The translations under genes and the position numbers were made by a program. From positions 1 through 64,000 of the forward strand of contig QPGO01000177.1 in the NCBI GenBank assembly GCA_008632985.1: a stretch of 64,000 nucleotides of DNA, in the 5' to 3' direction. Positions 1-12,393 of the stretch are shown here, piece by piece; position 1 is the stretch's first letter, and every line of letters begins with the position of its first letter. The DNA is from Psammoneis japonica (taxonomy: Eukaryota). The notes below the pieces were generated by a model, which ran no database searches, had not been told where the DNA came from, and was given only the letters and a program-made list of their open reading frames with translations.

Positions 1-3000
1 GAATTTGCTGAGTTCATTGATCTTGCCTGTGATGACATTGCCATTGAGGATGGTTTTGCTGCAGTGAACTCTGTTGGGGTTGCTCTGATTGATCCATCCC
101 ACGACTTTGAATCAAGTGCACCAGAATTGATCCGTGCTGCCTGTTCTGTCAATGCTGTCAAGTTGGCACTGACTGAATGCTGTGCCCAGCTAGACACTGG
201 TGCTGATGTTGCTTGTGCTGGTGACCGTGACCTTCATCGACACCAAGACTTCACTCCATCAAATCCATGCCCACTTGCTGTCAACCCAGCCCTTGGCCAT
301 GAGGCTGTTCCAGTTGGCTTTGGATGCCTCTGTGTGCCTGCGGAGAACTCCGTTGGATGTGTCAAGGTTTGCACCTGTCGCCACCCGCAGATCCAATCTA
401 CCTTGGTTGATGAGCACTTGCTCCTCCACCAGAATGGTGCCCGTCACACGGATTGCAACATTGATTGCATTCTCAAGTTCCATGACCTTGGCACTTGCAA
501 GTTTGTTGCACAACATCGATTGCGCAAGAGTCAGGATGTCATTGTTCACGGGAAACTCGTTGATGGCAAGTGTTGTGCTCACCCTCTTGTCCTGCCAGTC
601 TCACGATGAACTCGGTGCATCTGTTGATTGCTTGAAGACCAGCAACCCATCCTTTGCAGAAGAATGTGAAGCAGTTTCGGCATGCATGATTGAGACACAT
701 CGTGCTTGCCAACACGCAGATCTGCATGAGGAGGAACGGAAGTTGATCCCCCAAGCACATCAAGACATTCCTTTTGAGGAATGTGCCAAGAAGAACATCC
801 CTGTCCAATCCCTCAAAGCTGACACAGAGCGCCTCTTGTGGCACCAACGCCTTGGCCACCCAAGTGATCGCTGCTTGTGTCATGCACATGAACGCGTTGA
901 TGGTGTCCCGAAGCTTGCTCATGGTGCATCCCCCCTTGACACTTGTTCCACTTGCATCCAAGCTAAGCAGACGAAGGAACCTGCTGGTCTGAACACTGCT
1001 TTGACTGCCACCCAACCCTGCCAAGGTCTCACGGTTGACTTTTCTTTCTCCGGATTACGCTCCAAGAACTTTGAACGTGCCAAAGACTGTGTTGGGTTGA
1101 ATGGTGAGACATGTTGGATCACTGTTTGTGATCATGCAACGAAGTGACTCCATGGTGCAACTCGTGTCTCCAAGGCCACCCCTTTGAATTGGATTTGCCA
1201 CTTTCTGGAAGAGCACTCACCAAAATGTCCAGACAAATGTGTTTTCATGGATCAAGCAGGCGAGTTGCACAAGAATCCAGCAGTGCGGCGACTTTTTGAG
1301 GATGACTTTCATCATGTGATTCGTCCCACTGGTGAAGATGCTTCAAACCAAAGTGGCCCAGTTGAACGCAGTCATTTGACCGTTGCGAATGCCATTCGGG
1401 TGATGCTCATTGGTGCCAACTTGCCCATCAAATTTTGGCCCCATGCTTTTCATCACTTTGTTTGCATCAAGAATGCTGTGCCATCCAAGGGTCAACCTGG
1501 TGCTCTGATTGCACTTGCCACTGGTTGGAAGGATGACTTTAGCAACTTCCGTGCATTTGGTTGTCACGTTTGGGTGCATGCTTCGAATCACCGTCCGGCA
1601 AAATTCTGGGCTGTTTCTCACAAGGGTGTCTTCTTGGGCTGTCTCCTGGACACCACCAAGAACATTTTGTGGTGTGATCCTGAGACATCGCGTGTCAAGC
1701 TTGCCAAGCACATTCGATGCTATGAGGGGATGAATGATTTACCCCGTGATTCGATCCCTCTGAATGTGGCTCACTTGGAGCGTGCTCAAGGTGGTGAGCC
1801 ATTCCCTGCTGAGCCTGAGGAAACTTCCGTGGATGAGTTTCATTTTCACGGCAACCATTTTGCCAAGACCATTGCATGCATGATGAAGGGCCCGTTCACT
1901 GGCTCCACTTTTGGATTGTCGTTGACTGCGGATGACCTGTGCCAACGTGTCTTTGTCTCGGACATCAAACATGGTTCCCTGGCTGCACATCCCTTCTCCT
2001 CCCTGAAGGAAACCCGCAACAAGCTTGAGGGTGCACAGATTGTCTCAATTGATGATCAACCTGTTTTTACAGCAGATGAGGCTGTCCAGCATTTCCAACA
2101 GATGTGTGATTCTGGCAAGACTCATTTTGCAATCGAATTCATGCCAGAACCCTGCTTGGACTCTCAGGGATTGCAACGTGCCCTCATGGAACATGACATC
2201 TGTGCACCCACCCCAGACCCTGATGATGAGCATGTGCCGGAGTTGACCAATGCTGACACATGTGCCATTGCCGCAATGTGTCACCCTGACATTGATTTCA
2301 CAGAGCTTGACAATGATGATGTCCCTCCACCTTTCTGCATCAATTGTGACAATGGTGTTGTCAACATCCATGCAATGTCATCCCACACCATTGCCCCGGA
2401 GGAACAAGCATTGGGCACTTTCACTCATCATCGCCTCAAGAAGTTGGATGCATGGCCTGAATGGCATGTGGGTGAATTCAAACAACTCGATCAATTCCAT
2501 GAGTTGGGGATGTTTGGTGCACCAATTGAATGTCCCAAGGATGCCAATGCACTCCGTCCACACTGGCAATGTGACCTCAAGCACAATGGCACACAACACT
2601 CTCGACAGTGTTGTGATGGTTCCCTGTGTGTTGCGTCAATTCTTCATTGTGCGCATTTGACCTGTTCCTCATGTGTGGAACAACCTGTCCAATGAATGTT
2701 TTTTTGCTCTCGCTGCAACTGTGAGTTATCCTGTCTTTGGTGGTGATGCCCGTGATGCCTGTGCACACTCTCCCCGGCCATCACACCCCGCCCATGTTGC
2801 CATTGATGATGCATGTGTGACTTGGCACAAGCCTCATTTCGGCATTGACTTGGACAGGAGCATGGTCCTCCCGATGCAACATGCCCTCCAGGGACACCCA
2901 GAAGCTGGCGTGCTCTGAGAGATGCACATCAGCAGCATCTTGTCTGATGTGGCTCTTTTGTTTTGCAATGCTGCTCATGACAAATGCATCCATTCTGCTG

Positions 3001-4506
3001 CATTTGAAGGACACAAGATTTTGTTGCTTCAACAGGTTGTTGATGATTTCTCTGTGGCATGTCCCAAAGAGTCCTGTGTGGTCAAGACCTGTGACAAAAT
3101 TGGCAAGGCTCTTCAATTGGATTTGGAAACCTCCCCGCCCTTCAAGCATCTTGGCTTGATTTAAGAATTCAATGGTGTTGATCATGTCCATCAATGTGAG
3201 GACTCCATTGGCATTGCTGTCCACAGTTGTGTTGACCAAGTTTGCTTGTCACATGGTTGGGCAACACCGACGGATGCAGAACTTGAAGATGATTGCAAGG
3301 CAACCTCGATTCCGGTTGACTGCATTCATGAACTGCACACCACTGTTGGTCCAGCTGAAGGCACACCAGAACATGCAGAATCACAACAAGCTGCTGGTTT
3401 TGGATGTCGCACTCTCCTTGGAGAACTTTTGTGTGCATGTGTTGCCTGTCGTTTGGACATTGGACATGCCATCACTGCTCTCTCCAAGTTTTCTGCCTGC
3501 CCTGCCGAGGTGCATTGTGATGCACTCAAGGGTGTTTGCAAGCATCTTTGACACACCAAGCACTGGGAATTAAATTGCAAGAAGCCCCATCGTGATGTGA
3601 GTCTCCCAGCCTGCCCTTTTGAATGCCCAACTGCGGATCCGACTCTTCCATCATTTCCTGCTGCTGAATGTGACCACCAACTTCTGGCTTTTCTGGATGC
3701 CACCTGTGGCAATGATCTGCGTGACCACTGCTCTGCGACAGGCTGTGCGTGTGTGCTGGCCGGTTCTGCCATCTCCTTCTGCTGCAAGACCCGATCAGTG
3801 ACTGCCACAAGCTCTGCGGAGGCAGAATTCTGTGCAGCTGGTGCTGCTGCTAAACATGTCCTTTGTCTTTGCCATGTGCTTCATGAGTTGGGTTTCTCCC
3901 AGTCAAAGCCTGCCCCTTTGCACATTGACAATGAACTGGCAATCAAGATCATCAACCACTCCATTCCCACCAAGTGCTCACGACACATTGAAGCTCAGTT
4001 CTTCATGATTCAAGAATGGAAGGAAGCGGGCAAGATTGTCACTCGACATGTCCCTGGCATTGTCAATCCCAGTGATGACCTCACCAAGGCTCTGGGATGG
4101 GCACTTCACGCCCACCATGCTCGGCGCAATGATGGGACACTGCTGTTGATGTTTTTTTCCACAGTGGCCTCCCTGCTGTGCATTGCCCCCCCCTTGTTTT
4201 CATGCGCATTGGGCTTGGACACTTGTTGTGTCCCTTGGTCTTCCTGTCTGCATCATCCCTGTTCTTGGTTTGATCTGCATTGTCTCTCCTGTTTCGACAT
4301 CACAGATCAGGGGAGGGTGTCAGTCCACCTGCTCTGTGATGGACAGACTGTGTGTGGATGATGGACAGGCCATTTTAGATGGACGACCAGATCTCTCTGA
4401 GATCTGTCCCTCATTCTCTTCTGGCAGCACTCGTGTCGCCACAAAAGTCCTGCTGCTTGGGGAGTCTTTCTCACCTCCATCAGTGTTGACCATCGGCACT
4501 CTGTCA
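1..4506 (+). mobile_element. Decayed Ty1/copia LTR retrotransposon (PR-IN-RT-RNaseH plus 3' LTR); 5' part lies outside the window
   Basis: Protease LDTGA at ~190, GAG-pre-integrase LWHQRLGH...CSTC at ~835-960, integrase core (GPVERSH, FWPHAF), RT (ALQGHPEAG, QVVDD), RNaseH (SSAEAEF, IDN, NPSDDLTK) in copia order; many stops and frameshifts. Confidence 0.95.
4318..4506 (+). repeat. 3' LTR of the copia element (~189 bp, TG...CA)
   Basis: Directly preceded by polypurine tract AGGGGAGGG; second copy in reverse orientation at 5233-5418. Confidence 0.9.
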
Positions 4507-5418
4507 ATGCCATGGCTGTTGAAGGCATGGGTTTGGAAGGTTGCTTCAACGTGTGTGAATCGAGAGAGAAAACTTGTTCCAATCTCCATTGCTCGATGTC
4601 ATGCCGGGGTCAAAGTGCGTGTGATTCATTGACGCAAGGATGCACACAGATTGCTTGCAATGACAAAGAGAGTGTTCAATCATGGAGGAAAGGCTCTCAG
4701 ATGTCAAACGGTTGGTGTGAGGTCTTGTGGGGTCCACAATGCAAAACGGAGCTTGGTCTAGGATCACTTTGATGGATTGTGTGTCCGCAGGGTCTGCTGT
4801 GCAGGGTGGGATTGCTCCATTGATGAGATGTGAGCAAAACAAGTCCACAAAGTTTGTCTTGGGGATCGCATGCTCGGAGTCTTCAAAAAATGGGTCTAAG
4901 TCACAGACAGCATCCGCACAAAGCACATTCAAAGATGCATGGACATGGGGTGGAGAAGCATGTGGTTGGAACTCGCAACGGATCTCTGTGATGGATGTCG
5001 GAGGAGGGTTTGTGCCGCTCGGAGACACCATGGTTGGACCTGGTGGAAGCATTTTTGGTCATGCACACTCAGAAATCTGGCATGTTTCTACGATCGTGAA
5101 AAATGCCGGGAAAGCAAGAAAAAAGTTGTTTCAGGAACAGACAATGAGGCTTGCTCAATCGGCTCACAAAACAAATGAATCAAAACAGAAAGTGCGGCAC
5201 AGAGGTCTGTGGCAAAGCACAAGGCCACAACCTGACAGAGTGCCGATGGTCAATGCCAATGGAGGTGTGAAAGACTCCCCAAGCAGCAGGACTGTGACAA
5301 CACGAGTGCTGCTAGAAGAGAATGAGAGACAGATCTCAGAGAGATCTGGTCATCTGTCTAAAATGGTCTGTCCATCATCCACACACAGTCTGTCCATCAT
5401 GGAGTGGGCAGACTGACA
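4507..5418 (-). mobile_element. 5' end of a second copy of the same copia family (5' LTR 5233-5418, PBS-like site, start of gag-like ORF), interrupted by the + strand copy
   Basis: Reverse-complement LTR followed on the minus strand by GGTTGTGGCC, resembling the copia-type GGTTATGGGCC primer site, then ORF 4546..5052. Confidence 0.75.
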
Positions 5419-5856
5419 CCTGGTTTGCCATGCCGCAAAACAGAAGCTGAGTTGCATGGCTTCAGCAAAGGAGTGAGTGCAGATGCATCTGTGCTTCCCA
5501 AGGTCTCTTGGACTGTTGTTCTTACATCCAGCTTTACAGGTGCATTCTGCTGCGCAACAAAGTCCTTCTAATTTGTGGCACTTTGAGCTGAACAAAGAGC
5601 CACAATGTCAATCGATCGATTGCCATCTCCATCCTGGCAGATGGCAACTGCAGGTCTGCTGCAGTGTCAAGGAAGGAGGAGTTGTCACTTCCACTCAAAC
5701 TGTGAGTGAGTGCTGCCACTGTCGCTCACACTCTCCATCGAGAGTCCATGCGTCAACCGTTCTTTGTGCACGAGCTCGCATGCACCCAAAGGTCTCCTCA
5801 CAGACTCTCAAAGAATTCAAACGGATGATGTGCCAGGGTCACATGTGGGCATGTGT

Positions 5857-5996
5857 TCTTCTGGTGCTCTTGCAGATTCCACATGCAGAACATGCACCAA
5901 AGAAATTTTCCATGCACAATTCCACATGCAGCAAAACACACCAGAATTTTTTTTGGAGCACAATCTACACACGGGATCTGCAAGAGCACCGGAAGA
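5857..5996. repeat. Small foldback/MITE-like element with ~53 bp imperfect inverted arms
   Basis: TCTTCTGGTGCTCTTGCAGATTCC... at 5857 pairs with ...GGGATCTGCAAGAGCACCGGAAGA ending at 5996. Confidence 0.65.
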
Positions 5997-6832
5997 CACC
6001 ATCCATCTGAATTCCATGAGAGTCCATGTGGAGACCTGGGTGTGCAAAGCACGTGATGGAGAGTGACTTGCTCACCGCAAGCGCACGTTCTCCAACACCA
6101 CCAAGTGAATCCAGCTGCACGATGGCTCAGCCACTCACAGCACCAGTGTGACAATGATGTGACAATCCAAAGATGCTCTGCTTGTCCTGCTGCTAGAAAC
6201 CATGGACCCTCTCAACACTTCTTTGGTCACATCACTCTTCAACATGGCCACCCTGAAAGCATCCATCCCTCTGCTTCATGGGGCCAACCATCCCGATTGT
6301 CTCCACAAATGATGGACCACAAAATTCAGGAAACCCTCTTGGCTCGCAACACCAAGGTGATCATCCATTGACAAGCACCCAAGTGCTCAAGTGAAGAAGC
6401 TGCAGAGAGGCAGTGAGGAGTTGACTCATGTGAACATCACATGGATCAAAAGCATGAACGTGATGGTGTTCCTGTCTGAACAAGGAACAAGAAACCTTTT
6501 TCTAGAATCCCTGGACTTTGTGAGGTTGAGTTTCCTGATGGATCCTCTGACACCTTTGCTGTTTACACAGTCAAAGAAAACATGCACCAACTCTGAGGGC
6601 AACTCAATCATAGTCGTACTTACTTGCAAGTGGCCAGTGTGGCGCACGTGGGTGGGGCGGGGACGGGAGGACAAGAAGCACAACATCAATGGCGATGATG
6701 TCAATGGTGCACTGGTGGGGGAGGCTGCCACACCACGCCTTCTGATGGATTGACTTGCTTGAACGACTTGAGAGAAGAAATTTGAGCATGTGTGAGGGTG
6801 TAAATGCAGCAGTCTAGACATCCTTAGTTGTT

Positions 6833-8488
6833 CTACCAATCGTCGAAAACATCATCCTGACCAACGTCCTCTTCCTCCGGTGGCTCGGAAAAAGCGAGGC
6901 TGTCTGTCCAAGTTTCACAGTCACTGCGCTCGAGTGGGCTACTTTCTGCAATGGGTGACGGGCAAAACAGACCAGAAGTGTTGATTTCCAATTCATCCCT
7001 TGCCTTTGGACTCCTTGTGTCTTGGTTGTAAAAGTAGAGACGAGCATCAGATTTGATGAGATACTCAGTGCTGACTTCGATGATTTGCATTGGGCCTTCC
7101 AAAGAGTTCTGCAATACCCAGCATTCTGTCCCATCAACTATGCGATACCCCAGAAGGACCATTGCATGTAGCGGGGCGTCATCACCTCCTTCCGCAGCTT
7201 CGTATTCTTCTTGCGACGTGCTCGAGGTGTCATCTTCGTCATCGCAAAAGAACTCGGACCAATCGTATCCACCAGAATCGCTGTCAAACGACATGGAAGC
7301 ATCGCGAGAGGTGGACCGCTCACTGATTGTTTCCCGACTGACATCAGCTGAATCCGTCGACAAAGAAGCCGTCATGTCAGTGGACCTGTCAACATCTTCA
7401 GATGACATCAACGATTCTCTCCATTTCTTTGTCAACTCACTTTCCTCCCCTTCTGCATCGTCAGAGGTATTCAGCGGCACAAATTCGGCCGGACGACCCC
7501 ATGTTGTGAAACGAGCAACGCCAGGAGGTATCAACCCCGCGGGTATTTCGCTCCACTTATCGTATCGAGAAAGGTGCGGAAACTGTTGTTTCTGCTCTCT
7601 TGAAAGTTCCGAGCAATAGAAGTTGCAGCACACAAATTTTGAAAGTAGTGCGGGATTCTTGCTAAGCTCATCTCTTACAGCATTGGCCCATGTCTCCGTT
7701 TCCAAAGCATTACAATTAACTGCATTCGGGTCACGATTGAGGCTGTGGCACTCAAACAATGTTGCTTCGAGAATCTTGAAGACACCGACGGAGTCACCAC
7801 CATCATCTTTCACGTACTTAATGAGTTGTTCATCAGTAAAATGATGCCGGATCAGTCGTGACGCATTTACTGGTGGAAGTGATTCACCGCAAGCCTGAAG
7901 GAAGTAGGACATTGCTACACACGGCGCTTGAAGGAAGCAACTACCGTATTTCTGCGTTCGCAAGTAGTAACGCAAGCTCGACATATCCCGAACAAATCCA
8001 GTTGCTTCAGATTGTCGAAAGTAGCGATGGATCGTCAAGCAGGCGCGGATATAATGATCCTGACTGTTCTCGTGGGAAGAAAGATCGATATCGCCGTCGC
8101 ACGCCATGACTTGCCCCATGACTCGCATATTCTTTATCATCGCTGAGACTGCCTTCCTTCGACTAGCCTGTGATTCGTTTTTCTTGAAGCTGCGGCTGTA
8201 GAGGAAAAGAAGAACCCGACATACATCAACATGAAGCTCCTTCCCTTCTTTCTTCTGAAACCACATAACCTTCCGGCCGTCCCATTCCACTCGTAGCTCC
8301 TTGTTCCAGTCCCTCTGGATCGCCGCCACTGCTTCGTCAAAAGTTTGCTGCTTATTTTTTCTTAGCTTTGGAGGTGACAGGTTATAGTCCTCGTAGCCTT
8401 GCTTCTTCTTTGCTGTTGGACTGTTGTATGGGTTCGACATCGCGTTGGATTTGATTGCCACTGTGGGTTGTTCGCTGTCAAGTCCCAA
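6833..8488 (-). CDS. Papain-like (C1-type) cysteine peptidase-domain protein; true start probably the ATG at ~8440
   Basis: Intact 551 aa ORF with QKYGSCF (Gln/Cys) and HAMVLLGY...WVLQNS (His/Asn) motifs separated by an acidic insert; normal Tyr content. Confidence 0.8.
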   Translation of the reverse strand: MGLDSEQPTVAIKSNAMSNPYNSPTAKKKQGYEDYNLSPPKLRKNKQQTFDEAVAAIQRDWNKELRVEWDGRKVMWFQKKEGKELHVDVCRVLLFLYSRSFKKNESQASRRKAVSAMIKNMRVMGQVMACDGDIDLSSHENSQDHYIRACLTIHRYFRQSEATGFVRDMSSLRYYLRTQKYGSCFLQAPCVAMSYFLQACGESLPPVNASRLIRHHFTDEQLIKYVKDDGGDSVGVFKILEATLFECHSLNRDPNAVNCNALETETWANAVRDELSKNPALLSKFVCCNFYCSELSREQKQQFPHLSRYDKWSEIPAGLIPPGVARFTTWGRPAEFVPLNTSDDAEGEESELTKKWRESLMSSEDVDRSTDMTASLSTDSADVSRETISERSTSRDASMSFDSDSGGYDWSEFFCDDEDDTSSTSQEEYEAAEGGDDAPLHAMVLLGYRIVDGTECWVLQNSLEGPMQIIEVSTEYLIKSDARLYFYNQDTRSPKARDELEINTSGLFCPSPIAESSPLERSDCETWTDSLAFSEPPEEEDVGQDDVFDDW

Positions 8489-8721
8489 GTCTTTCGTTTG
8501 TGTTCAGAGCTACAAATGCGGTATTGTATATGTTTTGTTTTATATCGACGCTCTGAACCTATCCATAGTTGTGGATTGAAAGGACTCTCAGGCGCATTTA
8601 AGCCCTAGGCAGCAGCCGTAATTGGCTGTGTAGTTTTTAAGAATTGAATTGAATAGAGTTCAGCGTTGCGGTTTTTTTTTTTTTGCTCTTCGGTGTGCGG
8701 TGTGTCTGTCGCGCGCGTGTA

Positions 8722-9259
8722 GTAAGGACTGAGGCGAGCGCGCCGCGGCTACACGAAGTTGTCAGTCCCGCCCACTCGTGACTCAGTACATTTCTACGGT
8801 GAAAATTGCGTACCGGTAGGAATCCGAAGATGACAAAAACGGTCAGATAACTTCCGCTAACTACAATATGAACTGCACCTAATGTACATTCTTTGTTCGT
8901 TGATTGTTGAATTAACTATTTTAGGCGTTACATGCAGTTACTTTGACGAATTGGAAGTCATCCGAAACAAACCACGAATCGTACGGAGTGCCGTGGATTT
9001 GTACGCAATACAGTGCTTAGCGTTATTTTGGCGAAATTCATCAAAGTAACTGCATCTAACGCTTAAAGGTGTTAATTCATGTATAAAAGAACATGGAATG
9101 AACATTAGGTGCATTTCATATTGTAGTTAGCGGAAGTTATCTGACCGTTTCTGTCATCTTCGGATTCCTACGCAATTTTCACCGTAGAAATGTACTGAGT
9201 CACGAGTGGGCGGGACTGACAACTTCGTGTAGCCGCGGCGCGCTCGCGTCAGTCCTTAC
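8722..9259. mobile_element. Foldback/MITE-like non-autonomous element with ~225 bp inverted arms
   Basis: 8722-~8952 is the near-perfect reverse complement of ~9035-9259 (GTAAGGACTGA...TCAGTCCTTAC); no ORF. Confidence 0.85.
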
Positions 9260-9660
9260 GAGTTGTGTTCGCGTTGTTTTTTTAGCGACGCATGCCACCG
9301 CGCGCAAAAGAAGTCTGGCTGCTGGCTGGAATGCCAACAAAGTCCGGAATTTCGCGAACGCGCGTGCAGTTTTTCAGTCTTGGAAATTTTGAATTTCAGA
9401 GTCTTTTTAGACGTTGCCTCGTTTTGCGACTCGGCTCAAGCTCAATGTCACTCACAGATCTCAATGGACTGTTGCGAGCATTTCGCCCCTGGTTGTTGCT
9501 GACGCGTTCCAGATGCAGGTGGGAATGCGTGTGACATTGGGCCCGTAGACTTCTGCGTGCGAGCTCCGCAGTAAAATCACACGGTGATTAAAATGTCAAT
9601 GATCGCCAACAGAAAATGAGGCAATTTTGCGAACGCACAAACTCGCACATGATTGAAGTG

Positions 9661-9896
9661 CTCCTCGCACCCAAGTTTAGATGGAGACACACCGTGCGAT
9701 GCAAGACTCCCCAACTGACAAGACCTTAGACTCATGCCCTCTCCAGGAGCGGGTGCTCCTGGACCAAGATGCCTGGTCATTGTGACCAGTCAAACTCATC
9801 GGTTTTCTTCTTGTCACTTTTCCATTCTTTGTTGAGACAGGAACCCTGATCAACGTGACTGGATCATGCCAAAGCAGTGGAAAAGCTTCTTTTTGC
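9661..9896 (+). repeat. Split direct repeat A1
   Basis: Near-identical to 18073-18310. Confidence 0.95.
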
Positions 9897-9916
9897 TCCC
9901 TCTCTTTCTCTCCCTC

Positions 9917-12387
9917 ATGTCTGATTGCTTCTCCTCCGGCATCGATGACGGTGCCTTCGTCAACTTCGCTCGCACGCTCGAGGCGGATGTCATTTCCCCG
10001 TTTTCGTCTCGCTCTCCCTCGTCGCCCGCTTCTCGGGCCCCACCGTCTGCGGTGGGTCATCAGGGGGGGGTTGAGCACTTAAACCCCTCACTTGGGGGGT
10101 TAAATCTTGGAGAAATGTCTGGTGGCACCGGACATTCGGACATCGAGCGGGCGGAATTGGGGGAAGTCATTTCCCCGAACCCGGATTTGGCATTCAACGC
10201 TTTGCCATCGAGGGCAGGCATTGGATCGGAAGAGCGTGCACCTCGCATTGATTTCTTCGCATCGAAAGATGAGGGAGCCTCTCGGGGTGCGTCTGGAACG
10301 AAGGAGGAAGGTGCGTCTCCTTCGTCTGATGCACCTCGTTTTCGTGTCGTGTGGATGGAAGGGACAGACAATTCCCGTTGCATGGGTGTCATTGGCGGTG
10401 GCGCCACTTTCTGTTTCAAGAAATCCACCGATTGCAAGGTGAAACACAAAGGTTCCAAGAAAGGTCTTCCGTCGAGCGGCATGGTGTCGATTTTGAAGAC
10501 TCCGGATACAGCGTTTTGCCAACCTACTTTGGACGGATCGTTCGTGTCAGCGGAAGTGTTGGTGAAGTGGGAGGCCACCACAGACACCCCAGCGGGATGG
10601 TGCCAAAAGTTCCTCGTCCTGGAGAGCAGCGAAACTCGCTGCCCCACGGAGGACCAGTTCGGTGCTTCCTTAAAACAGCACAAGGAGGCCGCGGCTTTCA
10701 AGACCCCAGCCAGGAGGAAAGATCCTCACAATGAAGGCTTTCCGGGACCACTGTTCGGGCGATTCTCGCCTTGTCAACCAGTGATTTCCACCACCCCATC
10801 CCAGTTCCTCGCGGCAAACAAGAGCCCTGCAGCACTGGCGCGTGTGGTCCAATCGGTTGAACGCAACCTTACGGAGACGGGCAACACGCTTTGTGATCTA
10901 GGGAACCGGGCCTGCGCGCAGTTCAAGGAGACGGATTCCCTCATCAACGTTCTCAGTCGAAAGTTAGAGCAGCTCAACGCCTCTCTGGGTTCCCCTCCGC
11001 CGGAATTGGACCAGCGCGTGGAGGCCCCGACGATTTGGGGAACTCTCGCAACTTGTCAGCGGTCGGGGCGTCGGATCGACTGCCTCACGATTTCTCAACG
11101 GAATTGTCTCGTGTGGAGAGCAACGTTCGGGCTAGCTCCAATGACCTGGCTTTAAAAGTCAACTCAGCCATTCAGGGACTACAAGCCCAAATGTCTGGGT
11201 TGGCTGCTAAACGGGGTGTGGACTCGCTGAGAGCAGGAGTCTTGAGAGTGTGCAACCAGCTGGTCGGCAGAGTCCAGAATCTGGAAAACTCCGGAGTCTC
11301 TGGCACAACTGGCCTGGGCGGCGGCACAGGGACCGGTCTTTCGGCATCACTCGAGAATTGGATCCGGGACATCGGCCAAGCGGTGAACGATTTAAAATCC
11401 AAGTCGGACTCATCGGCAATCAAGTTCTCGGGGGCAGGAGTGTCGTCCTTTGGCGAATGTCAAGCTTGGATGGTCCAACATTTCTCGTCCAGAGCGCATG
11501 GATGCCTCACGGATGCTAACTTGCTGTTGGACAGGATTGCGGGTGTCGAGCCCGCTGCTTTGCATCACTTCTTGGCGGGTTTGTCCAAGCGGATGGACCT
11601 GAAAATTAGCACCGAAGAAGACGCGAGAACCCCATCCAGCTTCCAGCATGGCATGCCAAGGATTCTAGACTCAGGGTCGGCAAAAGGTGCCCAGTCACCG
11701 GGTTTGCATCCTTCGTTCCTGGATAAGGTGGGAACGCACGACCAGTGGACGACCGGATCGACCGGCACCAAACACTTCATCATGGAAAGGATTGGTGCGG
11801 TCGAGAGGAACATTCTGAGTGACATCGATCAGAGGATTCCGGGCGGGTCTTTCGAGGGTCAGGTAGTTCGAGATGCGCTGTCAAAGTCGGTGTCTTTCAC
11901 ACGGGGTTTGATCCAATTTATGGATGAAACCTGCGACAACTTAGTCCAGTTGAGCAAGTTTTCACACAAGCAAGCGTGGTCGTTGACGTCAAAGCTGGTG
12001 CACCGTATTTTTGATGATCTGAATCAGGTTCGGTCGGGAGTCTTCACCTCAATTGCCGGGACGGATCCGGACGCAGTCTGCAGCCAAATCCTCTGGGCGG
12101 TTTTTCGCTCCCAGGACGTGATGGCTGAGCACACGGCCCACAACTTTAGGGACCACCCGTCGATGGCCTCGGAGTGCGTCAAATTTCTGGCGACAAACTC
12201 TGGATTCGAGGCAGTGACCGCTCTTCAAGCCACTGTAACAACTTTGACGGACAAAGCTGAGAACGCTGGGACGGAGGCAAAGTCAGCGCAGGCTCGGGCG
12301 GACACGGCTCACCAAGAGATCAACAAGCTTAAGACGGAGTTGAAGGAAGTCAACAGGCGCCTCAAGGCTTTAGAATCCAAAAAATGA
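9917..12387 (+). pseudogene. ORF1 (gag-like) of the YR retrotransposon, frameshifted near 11050-11100
   Basis: ORFs 9866..11155 and 11035..12387 overlap; Cys/His cluster CMGVIGGGATFCFKKSTDCKVKH; C-terminal coiled coil. Confidence 0.75.
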
Positions 12388-12393
12388 AATTCG

